Of a stretch of DNA of 32,000 nucleotides, positions 23,001 to 29,000 are shown in pieces (the stretch's first letter is position 1; each line of letters starts with the position of its first letter). The translations under genes and the position numbers were made by a program. The notes under the pieces were generated by a model, which saw nothing but the letters and a program-made list of their open reading frames with translations, was not told the DNA's origin and did not search any database. Origin of the DNA: Candidatus Electronema halotolerans (lineage in GTDB: Bacteria; Desulfobacterota; Desulfobulbia; Desulfobulbales; Desulfobulbaceae). The stretch spans positions 1,110,001-1,142,000 of the forward strand of contig OW818675.1 of NCBI GenBank assembly GCA_942493095.1. Direction: 5' to 3'.

Positions 23001-26000
23001 CCGAAGCATATATCTGTTTTGCTGCTGTACCGGGCAAGTGCCAAGCCCAGCGCAGTTTGCAGCACTGTGTTCAACGTGACTCTCTGCTGCTGGCAGAACT
23101 GCTGGAGCTGCGCAGCAGACTCTGCACCTAACGAGTAACGTATTTTACGGTACTCGGGTTGTAACTTATTGAGTTGTTGTATGGGCAAGAGGGTAGGTTC
23201 TGTAAAACCAGCCAACCGTTCCTGCCAATAGCAGTTTGCGTTTTCAGCATCCTGCTTCTGAAGCCAAGCAATGTATTCCCGGAAAGGCGGCAAGGTCGGC
23301 AGCTGTGGTGTTCTGCCCTGCTTCATGGCCAGATAGCTGCTGCGCACCTCCTCAAAAATTCGTGAAACTGACCAGCCGTCCAGCAGCACATGATGGAAGT
23401 GCATGACAAAAGTGAACTGCTCATCATCTCTGCGGATCAGATCAAAACGAATCAGGGGAGCTTTACTGACAACAAATCCTTTTTTTCGCTCCTGATCTGT
23501 CAGCAGCCGCAGCCGCTCCTTCTGCTGCCCGACAGGCAATTCCCGCCAGTCATGCTCCTGCCAGAAAAGTTTTGCCTTTTTCTCGACAAGCTGTAGCATG
23601 GGCGTATGATCTGTCAGAAACGCGCTGCGCAGAATTGGATGCCGCTCAAGCTGTAGCTGCCATGCCGCTTTGAAGAACAGAGCATCTATATTGCTTAACG
23701 TGCAAAGAAGCTGCTCAAAATACTCCTCGTTTTCAGGCTGATACAGCGTGTGGAACAACAGGCCCTGCTGCATCGGCGTAAGCGGATAGATATCTTGGAT
23801 ATCAGCATATTGTTTGAACAGGCTGTCCAAAGTCGCCTGCGTCACCGAAGCGGCGGGAAAGTCAGACGGCGTGACTCCTTGACGGCCTTGAGCGCAGTGA
23901 TGAACAAGCTCCTGCAAACAGGCAATATAAGCTTGAGCGATTCCCTTGACAGTCTCCGAACGATAGCAGTCGCTGCTCCAGCTCCACGTCAAAGAAAGTT
24001 GGCCCTGCGTCACTGCGCCGTTGATTTCAAGCAGATGACTGCGCGGGCCGGTCATGCTTATTTGGCTGCCGGTCTTCTCTGCGGTCATCGAAAAAGAACC
24101 TGCATCAATCCCTTGATCAAACTGACCAAGATAGTTGAATACAATATCCGCCTTGGGCAGTTTGTGTCCAGCCAGCTCCTTCAGCAGACCATAGCTGATG
24201 CCGTCCTTGGGGATGCGGCGCAGTTGTTCTTTGACTGCCTTGATGACTGCTCCCAGCTCGTTTGCTTGGGGCAGATCAAGCAGCACTGGATACATGGCAG
24301 TAAACCAGCCTGTAGTCCGTGACAGATCAAGTTCCGGGAACAGCCCGACTCGGCCATGTCCTTCCAGCTCAATCAAAGATTGTGAGCTGCCATGCCAATC
24401 CCGCAAGGTCATGGCTAAAGCCGCTAAGAGCAAATCATTGATTCGGGTGTTATAGGCAAGCTGCGCTTCCCGCAGCAGGGTCGAAGTTTTTTTCTCTTCC
24501 AAGCGGACGGTGATTTCCTGCTGATATTCACGCCTGTTTTTTCCGTCTTGGAAATCCATCGGCAGAGGCAGCTCAGGCAGTGCCTGCCAGAAGTGCAGTT
24601 CATCGGCCAGCTCCTGACTGCTGAGATAGCTCTGTAGCCGCATTGACCACGCCTTGAAACTGCTGCTTTTCAGCGGCAGCGAAAGCGGCTGGCCTTGAAC
24701 AAGCTGACTGTAAGCTTTATGCAGGTCTTCCAGCAAAGGCCGCCATGACACGCCGTCAACTGCAAGATGGTGAATGCACCAAAACAGGCGGGTTCGGTCA
24801 GCAGTTTGCAGGAGCGTCAAACGGGTCAGCGGCCCGTGAACAAAATTGAGATTCTGCTGCTGGTCCAAAGTTTTGCTGATCAGCCATTGTTCAGCCTCCT
24901 CTTCTTGGGCAGCGGATCTTTCGATTGTGAAAGGGATTTTTTCTGCTGCTGGCGCATAATATTGCTGCCATGAGCCGTCATGCTGCGAGAAACGCAGCCG
25001 AAGTGCGTCATGATGCTGCAAGACAGCGGCAAAGGCTTGGCGCAGGACATCTGGGTTGAAATCATCAGGAACTGAGAGCAGCACAGACTGGTTGAAATGA
25101 TGCGGTTCTGGCTGCTCCTGAGCAAAAAACCAATGTTGCGCTGGCGTGAGCGGCAGCTCGCCGCTGACTAAACCTTGCTCGGCATCAATATCAATAAGCA
25201 CCCCTGCTTGCGCAACTTTAGCCAGCTCGGCAATGCTTTGATGCTCAAATAGATGATGCACGGCAAGCTGAATTCCGGCCTTGCGGGCGCGGGTGACAAC
25301 TTGGATGCTGAGGATGGAATCGCCGCCCAGCTCAAAAAAGTTGTCGTGAATGCCGATGCTGCGCTGTTTAAGCAGTGCGCCCCAGATTTCCGCCAGCGTC
25401 TGCTCAATCTCGTTGCGCGGCAGGGAAAAATCTCCCGCGTCAAAGGTCAACTTTGGTTTTGGCAGGGCTTTTCTGTCAATCTTGCCGTTGGCGGTCAGCG
25501 GAAAGGTTTTCAGAGGCATCAGATAGTTTGGCACCATGTAGTCTGGCAAACGCTCTTTCAGCCAAGTGCGGAGCTGGCCACTCTCCAAACACGGATCGCT
25601 GGCAGTAAAATACGCAGCAAGATGCCTGCTGTCGCCCTCATCATGCACAGCAGTCAGAGCCTCTCTGACCGCCGGATGCTGGCGGAGGCAGGCTTCAATC
25701 TCGCCCAGCTCAATGCGGAAGCCTCTGATTTTGACTTGGAAGTCGTCGCGGCCAAGGAACTCGATGCTGCCGTCCGGCAGCCAGCGGCCAAGGTCGCCGG
25801 TGCGGTAGAGGCGTTCGCCCGCGCGCGGATGGATGATGAAGCTGGTTGCGGTTTTTTCCTCGTCATTCCAATAGCATCGCGCCAGGCCGCTGCCGCCGAT
25901 ATAAAGCTGTCCCGGCACATTGACCGGGCACGGCTCCAGCGCGCTGTTGAGCACCTGCCAGCTCTGGTTGCGCAGGGCCTTGCCATACGGAATGCTTTTC

Positions 26001-29000
26001 CAAGCCGGATCAACGTGGTCAATCGGGTGCCAGATTGACCAGATGGAGGCTTCGGTGGCCCCGCCGAGACTGATGACCCGCGCCTGCGGCCAGACAGTGC
26101 TAATGCGCTCCGGCAGATTGAGCGGAATCCAGTCGCCGCTCATCATGACCAGCCGCAGCGATTCAGGGCGCAGGGCCGCCTGCCCCTCGACGTGATCGGC
26201 GTGAATCTGCATCAGGGCCGGGACGCTGTTCCAGACCGTCACCTTATGGCGATTTGACAGCTCGGCCCAATGCGTCGGCTCCTTGGCTTTTTCCTGCTCA
26301 GGCATGACCACTGCGCCGCCAGCGGCGAGCAGGCCGAAGATGTCATAAACCGACAGGTCAAAACTCAATGAAGACAGGGCCAGCACCCGGTCATTTTGGC
26401 CAACGGCAAAGCGTTCGTTGATATCTAAGATGGTGTTGGCCGCGCCACGATGGCTGATGGCCACGCCCTTGGGCAGGCCGGTCGAGCCGGAGGTGAAGAT
26501 GATGTAGGCCAGATCATCCGGCTGCGTTGCGGCAGCCGGTTTTTCCGGCGGAAATGCGGCTAAGTCGAGTTGCTCTACGGTCAGCGCATGAACGTTTTCC
26601 GGCAGTTCCAGACTGTCCGCAACCCGCTGATGGGTGATCATGCTGCCTGCGCCGCTGCCCTCCAGAATGCGCTGGATGCGCTCCGCCGGATAGTCAGGAT
26701 CAACCGGCACATAAGCGGCCCCGGCCTTGAGCGCGGCCAGCACGCTGATGATCATCAGCGGTGACCGCTCCAGAGCGACCGCAACCAAGGGCTGCCTGCT
26801 TGTTTCTGTTTTTATTGCCAGAAGACAGTGCGCGAGCCGACAGGCCTGCTCATCAAGCTGCTGATAGGTGAGCTGCTCGTCTTTGTGAATGAGGGCCACA
26901 TTGTCCGGCGATGCCGCAGCCTGCCGCTCGAACAGGTCAAGCAGGGTGCAGTCAGGCGCAGGCCCAGTCTCCGGCGCGCTCCACTGCTCCAGCTGCTCCA
27001 GCTCGGCCGCAGTGAGCATGGGCAGCCGACTGACCGACTGACGCGGATCTGCGGCTATGCCTTGCAGCAGGATCATGAAATGCCCGCTCATGCGGATAAT
27101 GCTGGCTTCGCTGAAGATATCCGTGGCGTATTCCCACGTGCAGCGGAGTCGGCCCTCCGAATCATCAACAAAGAGGGTCAGGTCAAATTTGGCAATCGGA
27201 TATTCGCTGTCATGAATTTTGGCTTCAAGACCTTGCAGCTCCAATGAAATTTCATCCTGAACAGCGAGCATGACCTGAAAGAGCGGGGCATGGCTCATGT
27301 TCCGGCTTGGCTGCAGCTGCTCGACCAGCATCTCAAAGGGAATGTCCTGATACGCATAGGCCGCCAGACAAGTTTGCCGGACAGCGTGGAGCAGCCCGCT
27401 GAAGGACTGCTCCGGCTCAAGATGGGTGCGCAGCACAAGCGTGTTGACAAAAAAACCAACCAAATCTTCAGTTTGCCTGTGCGTCCGACTGGCAATCGGA
27501 CTGCCGACGCAGATGTCGTCCTGACGGCTGTAGCGAGACAGCAGGATGCTGAAGGCGGCGAGCAGGGTCATGAACACAGTTGCGCCTTCCTGCCTGCTCA
27601 AGTCAGCAACTGCCTGACTGATCTCCGACGGCAGCAGATGGGTGTAATGCGCGCCGCGATATGACTGACGCGCAGGCCGCGCTTTATCGGTCGGCAGCTC
27701 CAGCAGGTCCGGGATGCCGTCAAGCTGTCGCTTCCAGTAATCGACCTGCCGCTGGAGGACTTCGCCTTGCAGCCAGCCGCGCTGCCAGACCGCAAAATCA
27801 CCGTATTCAAGGGCCAGCGGCGGCAGGCCCGGCTCTTCCTCATTCAGGAAGGCGGCATAAGCGTGCTGCAGATCGCGCAGGAGAATGCCGATTGACCAGC
27901 CGTCGCTGACAATATGGTGCATGTTTAGCAGCAGAACGGCCCGCTCCGCCTCGGTCCGCAGCAGGACTGCCCGGAACAGCGGACCGCTCGCCAGATCAAA
28001 AGGGGCGACAGTATGCTCATAAAGCTGGGCGACGATTTCCTGCTCCAGCACGTCGCCGTCAAGATGACGCAAATCTGCAATCTGAAGACAGGGCGCATCC
28101 TCTGCCGGGCGCAGTTCCGCACGGGGTCGGCCATCCTCGGCGGCAAAAATCGTGCGCAGCGAGGCATGACGCTGCCGCAGCCAATGCAGGCTTTTTTCCA
28201 ATGCAACTGCGTTCAAGCCGCCAGTCAGCGCAAAGGCCAGCGGCATGTTGTAGGCGGCGGTCTTGTTTTCCTCAAGCTGATCAAGGAACCAAAGCCGCTG
28301 CTGGGCGAACGAGAGCTGTTTCCGCGCGGCATCCGGCTGCGCGGTGATCGGGGGCAGGCTGACTGAACCGGCGGCTGCGCGGACCACCGCCGCCATCTCA
28401 CGGAGCGTCGGATGCTCAAAAATCGCGCGCACCGGCAGCTCAGTCTGAAAAGTCTCCCTGATGCGGGAGACAAGCTGCATGGCGAGCAGGGAATTGCCGC
28501 CCCGCTCAAAGAAGCTGTCCTCCCTACTGATCTGCTCCGCATTCAGAAGTCCTGCCCAGACAGCGGCCAGCAGCTCCTCGTCCGGGCTGACCGGCTTCAG
28601 CCCCTCCTGTTCAGCGGTCAATTCCGGCTCCGGCAATGCGTTCCGGTCGAGCTTGCCATTGGCAGTCAGCGGCAGCGCGTCAAGAAGACAGTAATAGGCG
28701 GGCACCATGTAGTCCGGCAGGGCCTGCTGCGCCGCCGCCTTCAGCTCGGCTGTCAGTGACGGAGCCGCCGCATCCGCAGTGACATAAGCGGCCAAATATT
28801 GCTGTCCGCCGCCGCCCCAGACTTTTGCCACCACATCTCTGACCGCCGGATGCTGGCGGAGGCAGGCTTCAATCTCGCCCAGCTCAATGCGGAAGCCTCT
28901 GATTTTGACTTGGAAGTCGTCGCGGCCAAGGAACTCGATGCTGCCGTCCGGCAGCCAGCGGCCAAGGTCGCCGGTGCGGTAGAGGCGTTCGCCCGCGCGC